The position numbers and the translations under genes were made by a program. A stretch of 64,000 nt of DNA from Lytechinus pictus (Eukaryota): positions 25,050,001 to 25,114,000 of the forward strand of contig NC_087245.1 in the NCBI RefSeq assembly GCF_037042905.1, in the 5' to 3' direction. The notes beneath the pieces were generated by a model. It did not search any database and had not been told where the DNA came from. It saw only the letters and a list, made by a program, of their open reading frames with translations. Position 1 is the first letter of the stretch; the number at the start of each line of letters is the position of its first letter. Shown here piece after piece: positions 13,136-26,500 of the stretch.

Positions 13136-13995
13136 GTTTATACGGAGAATAGCTTTACATGTACACTATAAACTTTACCATCATTATCACAATGGGCATA
13201 ATTCTTTACATCTGAATTCCCCCTTAATTTGTCTAGGCAATCGCTCGCCAAACTTTACAATATTATTAACAACGTCTATTGGCGTGCAAATGCTACACTT
13301 TCAAACAGTGTCGTAATGAGCCCAAAGGCATTGAGGGGCTAGATATGGCGTATTGGGCAAAATTTATTTTTAATATTTTCAATTTAATAATAAATATCAA
13401 GTTTTGTGATATATTTTTACATAATTTTCAGAAAGTAATATCATATTTCACTCTTCTCTCTTTCCTTTTTTTTTCTTGGTCGTGATTTTTTTTTGGGGGG
13501 ACAAGCATCCCAAGGGCCCCCATCTGTACGCCACTGCTGTCAAAACAAAATAATTAGGTGTATATGAGATTGCTACGCGCGTTCCGTATACCCAATGGTG
13601 ATAACACAAAGCGGTCATTGACCTTTTCCTGTCTGGTGAGTGGTCATCTAATCCCTTCCGGTCGGATTTGAACTTCGACCACTAATTATTTATTCATGAT
13701 GTCATGAGAGAAGACTTCCTTGAAATGACCCCCTGATGAGGAAGAGGCTTGAGAACACATTCCTAGAAAGCAAGGGGGATTCGAGAATCACCGTCATATT
13801 ATTATGTTTTACTCTTTGATTTAAGATAAGAACCATTTACCACGCTGTGTACGTACGACTTGAAACCAAGAAAAGTCACAGCATCAATGACTGTTTTTCG
13901 AGCATTAAAAAAATTAATAGAAAAGTAGAGGCGGTAGCTACTTTTTACGAAAACATTTATGATTGTAGTATAATAGTAGTAGGCACTACTTGTAT

Positions 13996-14754
<759 letters not shown>

Positions 14755-15115
14755 TATAGTAGGCCTAATCATCTTGAAGTATATTGGAAATATAATAAAG
14801 GGAAGAGTAAGAAGAAGACTTGAAGAAAAACTTCCCGCTACTAATAATGCATGAATTTTCAGAAATGAAGGAAGCAGTTAATAGCTTAAAGGAGCAGAAG
14901 AAAGAGAGGAGGAGGCCCGGGAGGAGGAGGATAGAGAAAGCTGAACACGTATATTAATTAGCAGATCAAGGAATTTATATATCGTCTTCTGTTTGTCCAT
15001 GAAATAAGCATCAAAACCCCTTGGCATATGGTAGTTCCAAAATAAACAATCATCTTCTATGCCAATTCTATAACTCAATTCTTTTTATCCGTTTGTCAAC
15101 TAATGTTACTTTCAA

Positions 15116-15243
15116 GTCGCGTGCCTCCCTCTTGACCAATCAGCGTTCAAGTCGCCATTGTCTGGTCGCCCCACGAGATCAGACAGGGAGGCCTCATTAA
15201 CAAGTCCCCGAAGAGTGGTGCCTTACTTATGACGTAATATAAA
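15116..15243 (+). promoter_or_regulatory. tbr proximal promoter: Hairy/Hes class C site, CCAAT, N-box, CRE-like site, TATA
   Basis: GTCGCGTGCC (GGCACGCGAC on minus) 15116-15125; CCAAT 15136-15140; CACGAG 15172-15177; TGACGT 15230-15235; TATAAA 15238-15243. The cluster lies ~400 bp upstream of the ATG. Confidence 0.65.
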
Positions 15244-15647
15244 GAGAGTCAACCAAGCGAAACGTCAATGTGTATGATAGCATGCGATGCTCAATCCAGG
15301 CAAAGTTTAACTAACTTCTTCACTATTGTGTTCAGTCTTTTCATGTAAAAGACGTTTCGCAGGTTGGATTTTGACAGTTCCTGCAAATTTGACGGTTCAT
15401 CATCGTCTCACGCCCAAATGAGATGATCGCACACACATCACGCCAGGGGAATTTCAGGAAAAGTGTTAACATTTAAGAGAGGTATTTCATCAGCGTTCAC
15501 GCCTTGTCACTTCTTTGTTTATTCATGACTGCTAACCGAATTTTCGCACTCCAACTTTGTCCTAAAGGGATTGAATTTTATCACGTTTGCGCCTTTTGAT
15601 TTGGCGCGATTTCTTTTTTTCGAGATTTTTTTGGGCTTCAGAAGATT

Positions 15648-16738
15648 ATGATGGGAGATGAATTTCAGCATGCGGCTGCAGCAACAGACACGACTAACTT
15701 TCTAAAGACAGAACCAGAAGAAAATATTTGCGTTTCTGAAGATGAGAATCTTAATGGTGAATCAACAGATAATATCGTCGATAAATCAGCAGATTCCCAA
15801 AATAAAACGAAATTTGAATTATGCGAGATCAAGTCAAATCTAGAGAATTGTGATGAAAACAGACAGTCTGAGTCACTACAGAGGAATGGACATGGGAACA
15901 CCGAACAGTCATACAGTTTACACGATTTTGGAACCCATCATGATTTGCATGGGAATTTACAGAGGTATTGTCCTCTGTCATCTCTCCAAAACCAGCCTCA
16001 GCAACCGGCAAATTTACCGCACTACCTGTTGAATACTTGCACGGTATCCAACTTCACTGGAATTCCCACCCCGCCACCCGCCACTTCGCACAGTCAACAA
16101 CAGGTGATTCAAAGGACGTCGCCTTTCATAGATGGGTTCCAGCACCTGTCGGGAACACACCAAACCCACCAGCAAATATCCGAAATCGGTACCCCATCAG
16201 GAAATAGCAATGCACTGATCCACCATCTCCATGACACCAATGAGTTTTCAAGTCACGACACAACCGCATCGGGCCGTTGCAGTGCAGATGAAAAATCCTC
16301 AATGCCGATCTGTGCAAGCCACGATCCTATTCACCAAAGGTTGCTACAACAGCCACAACAGTTGCAGGAATTCGACATGAAGAAAGAACTTGAACATAAC
16401 GATGTCCAAGTACCACCATTCTTTGTTGAAAACAAACCACCAATACTTCAGACGACCAGTGCTCCACCACATCAGCTAATTGGCGCCTCTTTGGTTCCGC
16501 CATCACCCCATACCTTCGGTCACCTCCCAAATGGCGCCTCGCAGGACCACGAGGACGAACATGCGAAGGGTGTCGTTCCGAACCATGTCGTCAGCCAGCC
16601 ATACCCTCCACCAGCGGGTCACCAGCACGTCGAGGTCGCCAACGGGCCAGGGAAGGCGTCAGTTTACCTCTGCAACCGCGACCTGTGGCGGAAATTCCAT
16701 CAGCATAATACGGAGATGATTATCACAAAACAAGGAAG
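15648..16738 (+). CDS. tbr: tbr exon 1
   Basis: Long N-terminal ORF ending at the T-box start [15 protein letters not shown]. Confidence 0.94.
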
Positions 16739-18440
16739 GTAAGTAAAATGCAACTTTTAAAAAGCCATGCACCAGCTACAAACACAATGTCATATTTCTC
16801 TATGAAATGAATACTTGTATATTCTACTTCCCTGTGTCACACAAGAAAATAAAACCATTATACTCTTCCCCCGATCATATTGTATTTTACATTGCAAGGA
16901 GTAACGTCAATAAAACCAAAATCCCATTCTTCGTTTTATATCTTTTCACAATTTTATAGAGTGCGTGTCAGGTTATTTTCTTATGCATTATTTATACCCA
17001 AGTTGTATATTTTTGCAAAATATCAAGTAATCTCCCACATAAATTATCAAAATAATCAAAACAATTCGTAGCTTTTTGTAGCTTAACATGCGTAAAATTG
17101 TCTAAATCACTTTAAATTTATTTCAGTGTATGTTTTTAAGGTCAATGAAAAATAAAACATTCTTCTGTTTAATAAATGAATGGCAATCTCTGGAATAAAA
17201 TCTATGAGCGGTAATTGTTGCCACATGTAAGTCTGGCATTCATCATCATCTAGCAAGTTTTCGAATATCCAAAACAACGATTTTTTAAAGGGTATGTCAT
17301 TTTGATAAATGATATTTAACTTCTAGATCGATTTAAGTTAAAGCTACTTTTAGGGCACATTTTTGACAAGGTATGATAAACACACACACAATTTATGGAA
17401 ATTTCTTGATAATTTAACAAAGACGATTTCGACAGATCATTTGGCGTCACCACAAACTACAATAATTTTTGTTCGCGGTCTTTTGAGAAAAATTGATTAA
17501 ACCAGTGATTTAACAAAGGTGGGAAAAATTGAAGGCAAAATTATAAGTTTTCAAAAATCAGAAAGCTTATTCTTTATTGACAATATATATTTGTTTTAAG
17601 AATTTCTTGTGCGGTTATTTTAATATATGCTAATAAAACAATGACACGATAACAACCGCATTCGTGCACATAATTATATTTGATGATACTTTTGAATAAT
17701 GTTCGCCTCCCTATTGGTCTAACGGATTTTTCATTCACATTTTGGAAGTGTTTTTTTTAATGCCACCCAATCATGTTGATAAATGCGTGGTCTCAGACGA
17801 TATGTGATAAAGAATACCAGGAAGGGAATTCTCTCAAATTTCATTTCACAGTATTCATACCCAAAAAATTATTTGTTTTATTTTCACCATGCAAAATATA
17901 CTTGTAGATAAGAATACATAAAGCAAATCATAAACGAAAACAAATGATGGGTAGAGTCCCTGAAATGGAATTATTTTAGGTGAGATACTCTTTTAGATAA
18001 AGCATTAATAATTTTGTTTTCAGAACAGAAACAAGAACTATACATTTATATGAGTAGGATTTTAAAAACCTATGCCGATATAAACCTTATTGATAAATAA
18101 ATCATACATTTTCAACACCCATAAAGCCTTAAAATACCACATTCCTCACCAAAAATGACAGGTATTTGGAAATAATAATAATAATAACAACATTTATAGG
18201 GCGCTTTGTATACGGGTGTTTCAGAGCGCACATGTTGGCTGACTAAAGTAAACAATAAGCCCATTAATTGAATTTTTAAAAAAGTATGCTAGTGTTGAGA
18301 AAATGGGAATTTCGAGTGAGGATTTAAACATTTCAACAGAGGGAGCATTTTGGATATGAGTTGGGAGCTTGTTCCACAGAGTAGGGGCAATAACAGAAAA
18401 AGAGCGATCACCGTATCTCGTCTTTGTGCGAGGGTCAAGA

Positions 18441-18507
<67 letters not shown>

Positions 18508-18759
18508 GTAAGGGGGCCCTCAGCACAACGAGTAGTGCAGGCACTCATCATTTAGTGTAGATAAACTTGGAAGACAGAAATAACGACGAGTGAGACGTAG
18601 CTCTCAGGTTTCCTTTTTTTGCAAGCTTTCGGCCATCATCGGCCTTCGTCAGGCCTACAAAAAAAGGAAATCGGATGGAACGAACATAGTATTTACATAT
18701 ATATAAATTAGGTATAATATTAGGTATACGTCTCAATCATCGTTATTTCTGTCTTCCAA

Positions 18760-18799
<40 letters not shown>

Positions 18800-18971
18800 G
18801 TATATATATATACACTGTAAAAATGGAAGTGCTAATTTAGCACTTACAGTGCTTGTATAGTGACTGCACTATACGAGTGCTGATTTTCTAGTTTAATTTT
18901 GAAAATCAGCACTCGTAGTGCAGTCACTATGCAAGCACTGTAAGTGCTAAATTAGCACTTCATTATTTACA

Positions 18972-19014
<43 letters not shown>

Positions 19015-21380
19015 CTTCATCCATTTCTTTACAATATTTAAATAAAAGAGTTGCCAAAGCTGTTGTACATGTATAACTTTACACATATATATATATATTA
19101 TATATGAAGAGTATATCCTTCACATTTCTTTTCTTTTTTAATGATAAAATATTGATACAATGAAAGTCGTATCATAAACGTATATAAGGGTATTGAATTC
19201 AAAAGCATCGCATAGCTCGTTTGATCATTTTAATTTTACTGAAATGTAAAAATATTCTAGTCAAAACAAAGTTCGTCCAAATGTTTATTTATTTATTTAT
19301 GTATTTATTATCAATTCGGTCATTACAATATATGAAATATGAATTAACAATAAAACAAACAGAACCGTGGGTGGATACATGTATATAGCTTTGATTGAAC
19401 AAAATATCATGGGTTATTCATTCAAAGCCAAAATCTTATCTTTTTTTTCAATTCATATTATCATGTCAACTGATACTTGTAACTGGGACAGATCGTCAAA
19501 TGAAATCATGTGGACTTTTCAGTAATCACATAAGAGATGATTCCATCACTGTGAAAGTCTATGAATGAATTTGAACTCGGAATAGTGTTTACACGATGGC
19601 CACTTAACCGCATGGCGCGTCTAGTTCGGATGTGGAATGTCTATTTTCAGCGTGCACCTGTTTCATCGATCATTGTTGATACCAAGTGGTCATGACGGTC
19701 ATAATCTTTACAAAGCATCCCGATGTGTATGTTCTTAACTCATTACACCTGTAATCAATATTATTCGCTGCTAATTAATTTCCGAGAATCCATTGTACGA
19801 ATATTCAATACATTACAAGTGTGTAGCGTTAAGCCGCTGCGAGGCTTAATAATAAGGTTTTTTTTTTCAAAGAAAGGGGCCTTATGCTCATAATCTTTTA
19901 TTATTATTGGTCTGAATGCAAGCAAACATCATTCTATTTAATGTATGCAGGCCTATTTGAGAACAAGATAAAAACAGATGTTGTTCGACTATTCAGTTCT
20001 TTATTTCCTGAATAGACTTTATTAGGCCTACAGATCTACCTGTACTTTGCTTGCTGCAACAGGGACAGTGTTATATAGGAGGAAAGTAAGTCTGTTCCCT
20101 ATGATTTTGCAAGTAGTGAAAAGGGAGAAAAGTGGAAAAATAAAAGGAAAAAGAAAAAACAGGAGGAAAAAGAAAAAAAAAGTGCATAAGAATGATATCC
20201 TTATTGTTTAGCTCTTTACTGCCCATCTTAAAGAAGACAATTACGTCACTTTTATTTAGTCTTTCCGTGTGAAAATACCGCGTAGCCTCGCTTGGCAGGA
20301 AGTACATTTTAAGAAGAAAATCAATGTAAATAAACAATCTAAAGCTTTTGAAAGCCGTTTATAACTCGATATTATTTACTCGATCAAGAATTTGGAAATT
20401 TCATCATATCTAGGCATTTTTAAATATAAATTGTTGCTTCAAACTGTGGTTTCTTTTTTAAACGTTTGAGAAAATGAAGATTGGTCCAATCATGGACCTA
20501 TGAAGAGATGGACATTCATCGCTTACTTAATGAATTCACTAACAGGTGACTGTAATTGTCCTCTGAATAACATTCTCTTCATACTAGTCTTCTTTGGTTC
20601 CATGATCGTCACCGTGAGAAGGGACGGAAGCAGTTCGTGACTGGACATTTATATTTCACAAATTATATGCGCAATAGACAACAAATCACTTAAATCATGG
20701 CAAATCGATGTGCAGTTCTTTTTTACCTTTGGTAATCTTAGTTCCATGTGTTTTATTTGGGAGAAATGTCTGCATATTTTAATGTAGAGGCAATATTGTG
20801 ATTGATTGTTTACCATTTAAAATTCAATTTCCCAAGTTTCTCCATAATATTCCAAATATACGTGGTACATAACATATATAGATCGTGTATCTCTCAATGT
20901 TATTGAGGTCCTTATGTGTGAGCGGTAGTTAGCGGATCGAATGATATCATATTTTATATCATAAAGATCGTCTGCTTCTCATGTTTGCCGCTCCAAATAT
21001 GAAGCATGTTGACTGAAAGGCTCATGCTAAAACAGGGTATCAGCCAACAAAAATCAAGACCGGGTAACTGTTCCGTCTTTAGGTAATCAGATACGCCTTG
21101 GTAGTCATGGTAATTGCTATTGTTACAACACCTGTATGTTCTCATTAAGATGTGCATAACCAAGCGACGGTGACTATCATTGGACCAAAGAAATGCTCGC
21201 GTTGATAGTCCATCTCTTCATAGGTCCATGGTCCAATCGAGCCGATAGCTAGCATTCACAAACATCACCATTATCAAGAGAACTCAATCTTAGTCAATGC
21301 AATTCATTTCAATTTTATTTCACATCTTTAAAAGCTAGCATACATTCTAAGTATGATATAACATTAACATAATACATAAT

Positions 21381-21427
<47 letters not shown>

Positions 21428-23474
21428 TTTTGTTTTATTTATTTTATACTGCAGGGTAGGCCTGTTCAGTTCTTAAAACTGCTTTACAAAGGCGCCCTGC
21501 AGTTTAAAATACATGTCAAGATAACTATGAACAACAACAACAAACAACATCAAAAATACAAAATACAAAATATCTAACATCAGATGTATAAATATTTTTA
21601 AAAAATGAGGTTTGCTTGTAAGCATGATGGCCCCAACATACAATGTGAAATTAACATTGAAATACTTAAAAAAATATATGTACATTAAAAAATTACATGT
21701 ACAACCCTGTAAAGACACACAATATATAGAAAACAGAAAGAAGAGAGAAGAAGAGACCTCAGATGTACATGTACATTAAGAACAAGTCATAACGAAGAAA
21801 TGAATCGAGATTCTGAATAGAAAATGAGAGGTGAATTTGTAGTACATGAAGGGGAGATGAGGAAGACAATGAGATAAATAGAAGAAGATGAGACACATTG
21901 CATAAATCTTCTCAGCATGCATTCATTCTTTTTATTTTTGGGGGGGTGAAAAATACAATCTCTTTAAGGAAATTTGGAATTTTGAATGAGTTGAGCTTTG
22001 TAGAGTACCATGATCAAGACTATTCCACAATTTGATTATATTGGATACGGAATGAATTTAAGGTCATATAAAAGAGGAAACCTTGGGTTGATGAATTAAT
22101 ATACATTGGCGAGTGTTGTGAACTTGTGAAGTAAACATGTTTGAATTTTTTGGCATTTGTATTTGTACATAGAAATTAGAGAATCCACAAAAATCATATC
22201 AGATATGAATAAATATTCTTTTTTTTTATATGGAAGAGATGAAATAAGTCTAAATTGATATTTTTTCTGCAGTATTATATACTATATTATATTGAGAATC
22301 TCGAAAGATGGCTTTTAAAAGTATACATGTATATGTCCCCATACTGAGTTGCAGTATGTTAGGTGAGGCAAGATAAAGTAATTTTTTTTTTTTTTGGGGG
22401 GGGGATCAATATGAATTCTTGATATGCTTCCTATACACCTTTACACTTTATACTGCTAATATGCGGTTACCGAGATAAATCAATTAGCTGTAAATACCTA
22501 ACACTTGAATATTTCCCACAGGTGATCATGACCATTAGCAAGATTTATAAGGTCTTTTGAACCCTCCTGATCCTTGTTCTGAAAATCATAAATTTTGTAT
22601 TTAATTTATCGAAATTCGAGGAAAGTTTACTACAACAGAACCAAATATATGATTCAATAATTTGTTTATTAGTAATAGACATTAAATCATGATATTATTG
22701 TGAGAAGGTATATACATGTAATGCATGTGTCATCTGGAAATAATGAATCACGAAATAATTCTGATAATTTATCAATTCGTGTATCGTCATCTTCCTCTAT
22801 ATTTCACCACATCAATTATTTTTTATATTTCCTCTTCTTGTTAGTCTTAAAAATGAAAAAATGGACAATACATTCACCCCCTCTCTTCTCGCATAGTCGT
22901 ATACATCATTAACTAAACGACATCGTCTCTTCAATAATTAGCGTATGCCTGATTTTGAACGATTGTAGCTTAGAAATTTTCCGTTAAAGTAGGGGTTTCA
23001 GGATTCATTGAATTTTCTTCAGATGAGCCCACCTCATTTATTTTTTACACATTTCAATCAAGAAGTGTTAATGAATAAAGTCGACTATCTCATTAATTTC
23101 CAATTCAAATCTGAGCGAAGTATATGTATTTCGTTGCGCTGCCTTGTCCACCATCTGGTGTCGCCAATTGAACAATAAACAAGTAAAAAAAATGTCAAGA
23201 GGGTTCTTTGGACGGCGTCGTACATTCTTTCCAGTATCCCCTTATCTTCTTTCGACCCCCACCGCTTTCATCCCCGCCTCACCACGAAATTATATATCTC
23301 TGTTTTACTTTTTTAACTGTTGTATATTGTTTATTTCTTCCAAAATCCCCATTTCTCCATACTCTCGTATTCGATATATTTCAACTCTTTAATCGTGATC
23401 GAAACTTTTAATATCTAACTCGGAACGCTTCCTTTGTTCCTTTTTCTCGCCCCCCCCCCCTCTTTCTCTCCCTC

Positions 23475-23507
<33 letters not shown>

Positions 23508-26500
23508 TATGCTCATTATGTGACTATATTATATCCAGTAACTCGAAAATGGGGGATACATTATTGTATTGATACAATAAGACTTGAATCGCAGTCTGGT
23601 CATGTTTTCTATAAATCAAAATTTCGTTTAAAACTTTGCTGCTTTGTAAAAATAAAAGGGGGGCGCAGTCACTGTCATTTCCCATTTGTCTTAAACTGGT
23701 GAGAATTAACTCTCAAGTCAGTCCAGTCCTGACTAAGTATATATTCTCGTAGTTTTGTATTAAAAAGGGGATCTAAATTCCATTTCTGTTTTTAGGTTCA
23801 TAGATATTTACGTTTTCTTTTTATGAATGGAACGACTTTTTAAATATTTGAGCAATCATACGCGACTTGTAAAATCAGGAACTACGTGAAATATAATTAG
23901 ATTTGTCCTTTTTTTCTTATTTGACTAGTCGCGTTTAGCGACTATGATTACTACATGTATATCACATTTTGAATAAAAAAAGAAATGCGTTGTAACGAGA
24001 ATCTATGTCATAATATCGATGGTATTGAAATATATCACCATAACTTATTTCACATTCTTTCATTATTCAACTCGTGTTTGTATCAAAAAGTGAGACATGG
24101 CGACATTACTCAGGATGCATTAATTGATTCCCAATTGGGTACCAGTATAGACGGCTTGGGCAAATTATGTGCTGTAAATGTGTTTATTGGTAAACAAAAA
24201 CATGACATCCTGTGCTGATAGACAAAGGAAACACGTCAAAGAAGCTCGTGACCATGTACTTTGAACTTGGATTTGTTTTTGTCCGTAGCTCATTGATTTG
24301 TTTGTTCGTCAAAGAATCGGGGAACAGGGGGATTAAAGTTTTGACATATGAGGGTACGTCTGCTCTACCTCTTAACGATGACGAAATTAAAATCAGATGT
24401 TTGAGCTTGTGTCTGAAACATGCTGCAATTTAAAGAAAATCAAACTGGCGTACAGATGGGGAGCGGACTTGGGTGGTCATGCCCCCCTCCCCTCCCTGTT
24501 TCACGACCAAGAAAATGGAGAGAAGGAAAGGAAAGACAACAAAAATGAAATATGATATCACTTTCTGAATCGTATGTCAAATCTATTGAAGAATAAAATA
24601 TGTTTTTGTCTTTTTATTTTTTGTGTCGCATACACCTGTCTGGCCCACTCAATTATTATTATTCTTTATTTATTCATTTATTATTATTATTGTTTTTTTT
24701 TTTTTTGGGGGGGGGGTCATTACGCCACTGCTTTCGGGTCTAGTGTGGCGTCTTAAACCACATTTCCAGCCCATCGTACATGTTTTTTTTTTTTTTTTAA
24801 GCACCGGCGATCGTGTTTTTCTGAATATATATGGAGTTGCATGCAAAAAAAGGAGATGCTGTAAAAGTAGAATGAATAATACAAATATTTATTTTCAGCA
24901 CATCCAGTAAAAAAAAATACACGTCTCGTTGTCTACTTACATATCTTCTCACTATATTGTTAAAAAAAAAACACGGTCGATAGACGAAACCGAGACCGTG
25001 TCTTAATTCCCTGGCGTCATTTAGCTACTAATTCAAAAACCTTGATTTTCTTATTATATTTTAATTTTTCCTATTTCATGCTCTACGCCATATTTTCTTA
25101 TTCATATTTTCCCTGATGCAGGCGCATGTTTCCACAGCTCGTGTTCAAGCTTACCGGTCTCAATCCTACCTCACAATACAACGTCTTTGTTGATCTGGTG
25201 TTGTGTGATCCGAACCAGTGGAAGTTCCAGTGTGGTAAATGGATGCCGTGTGGACAGGCCGAGAACATACCAAAAGGTATTTCACACAAATTCATAGAAA
25301 GAGAGAGAGAGATGATTATTTTTCATACATAGTTTATTATTGCAATATATTTTAAACAAAGGATGATGTGACGTTGTTTCCATCACCATTATCAGCAGCA
25401 TAGTTGTAATCAACATCACTATTGTCATCATCATCATCTTCATTATATTTATCACCATCGCGTTCATTATTGTCGACATCATCATCGTCGTCACCATGCA
25501 TTTTCTTCATTACCATCACTATCTTCATGTACAACTGGAAAGGAAATCTTATCATCATCGTCATCTTCACCGTCATCGTTGTCGTCACTATACAGTGTTC
25601 TTCGGCATCATTTGATACACTTCCATGCTATGAAAGCACGGAACAATAGATTTGGTCCGCTGAACCCTATCGTCCTGTGCCAAATAGCGTTATTTATAGA
25701 TTTAAAAAAATATACCGCGGGATATTGACAGTCACCTACATCTCCATTATCATCGCCAACATCACAAACCATGCAGAGACGTTGATCCGGGGGGGGGGGG
25801 GGGGCGATCACCCCTCCCTCCTTGCTCCCCAATAATTTTGACAACTTAAATATTAATAATACGCAACGCAATTGCAATTGATGTAGTTGATACACATCAT
25901 AAAGATGAATCCGAATCAACATCCTCCTTCATCAACAATTTGTCATTAAAAAAAATGAGTCCAATTAAGAAATAATCCGTAACTTAATTAAATTTTAGTT
26001 ATGTTTCAAACGAAAACCTTGCTTGCGTAAACGATAAACAATAATTATATATGACGAATATAGCCTATAACATAGAATCATTCTTTCTTTCATTCTTTGC
26101 GTTTCTAGTAAGCAACATCTATCTTCACCCTGATTCGCCAAGTAATGGACTACATTGGATGCATCAGGACATCGTATTCAGTAAACTCAAACTGACCAAT
26201 CATCGGGGAAAAGACAATGGATTTGTGAGTACTCTTTGTTATAAAGTTTAATTTCCCACATTTTCGTAAATATTGAATACGGCATTTTTTGTTCATTTCT
26301 ACAATTTATTTACCAAATCTTCATTTTTGTTCCTTATTTTCCGTGAATGTACAATAAAGACATAGGCCCGTATTCTGAAGTCGGGTTTAACTTATACCAT
26401 GGTCTAACTCTGTGCTAAAATTATTGGAAGCCAAAAGTGTCTATTTTTTTGTATGTTTCTTATGTTTACTATGCTCTTTCCTGATTCATCGATGGTGAAG

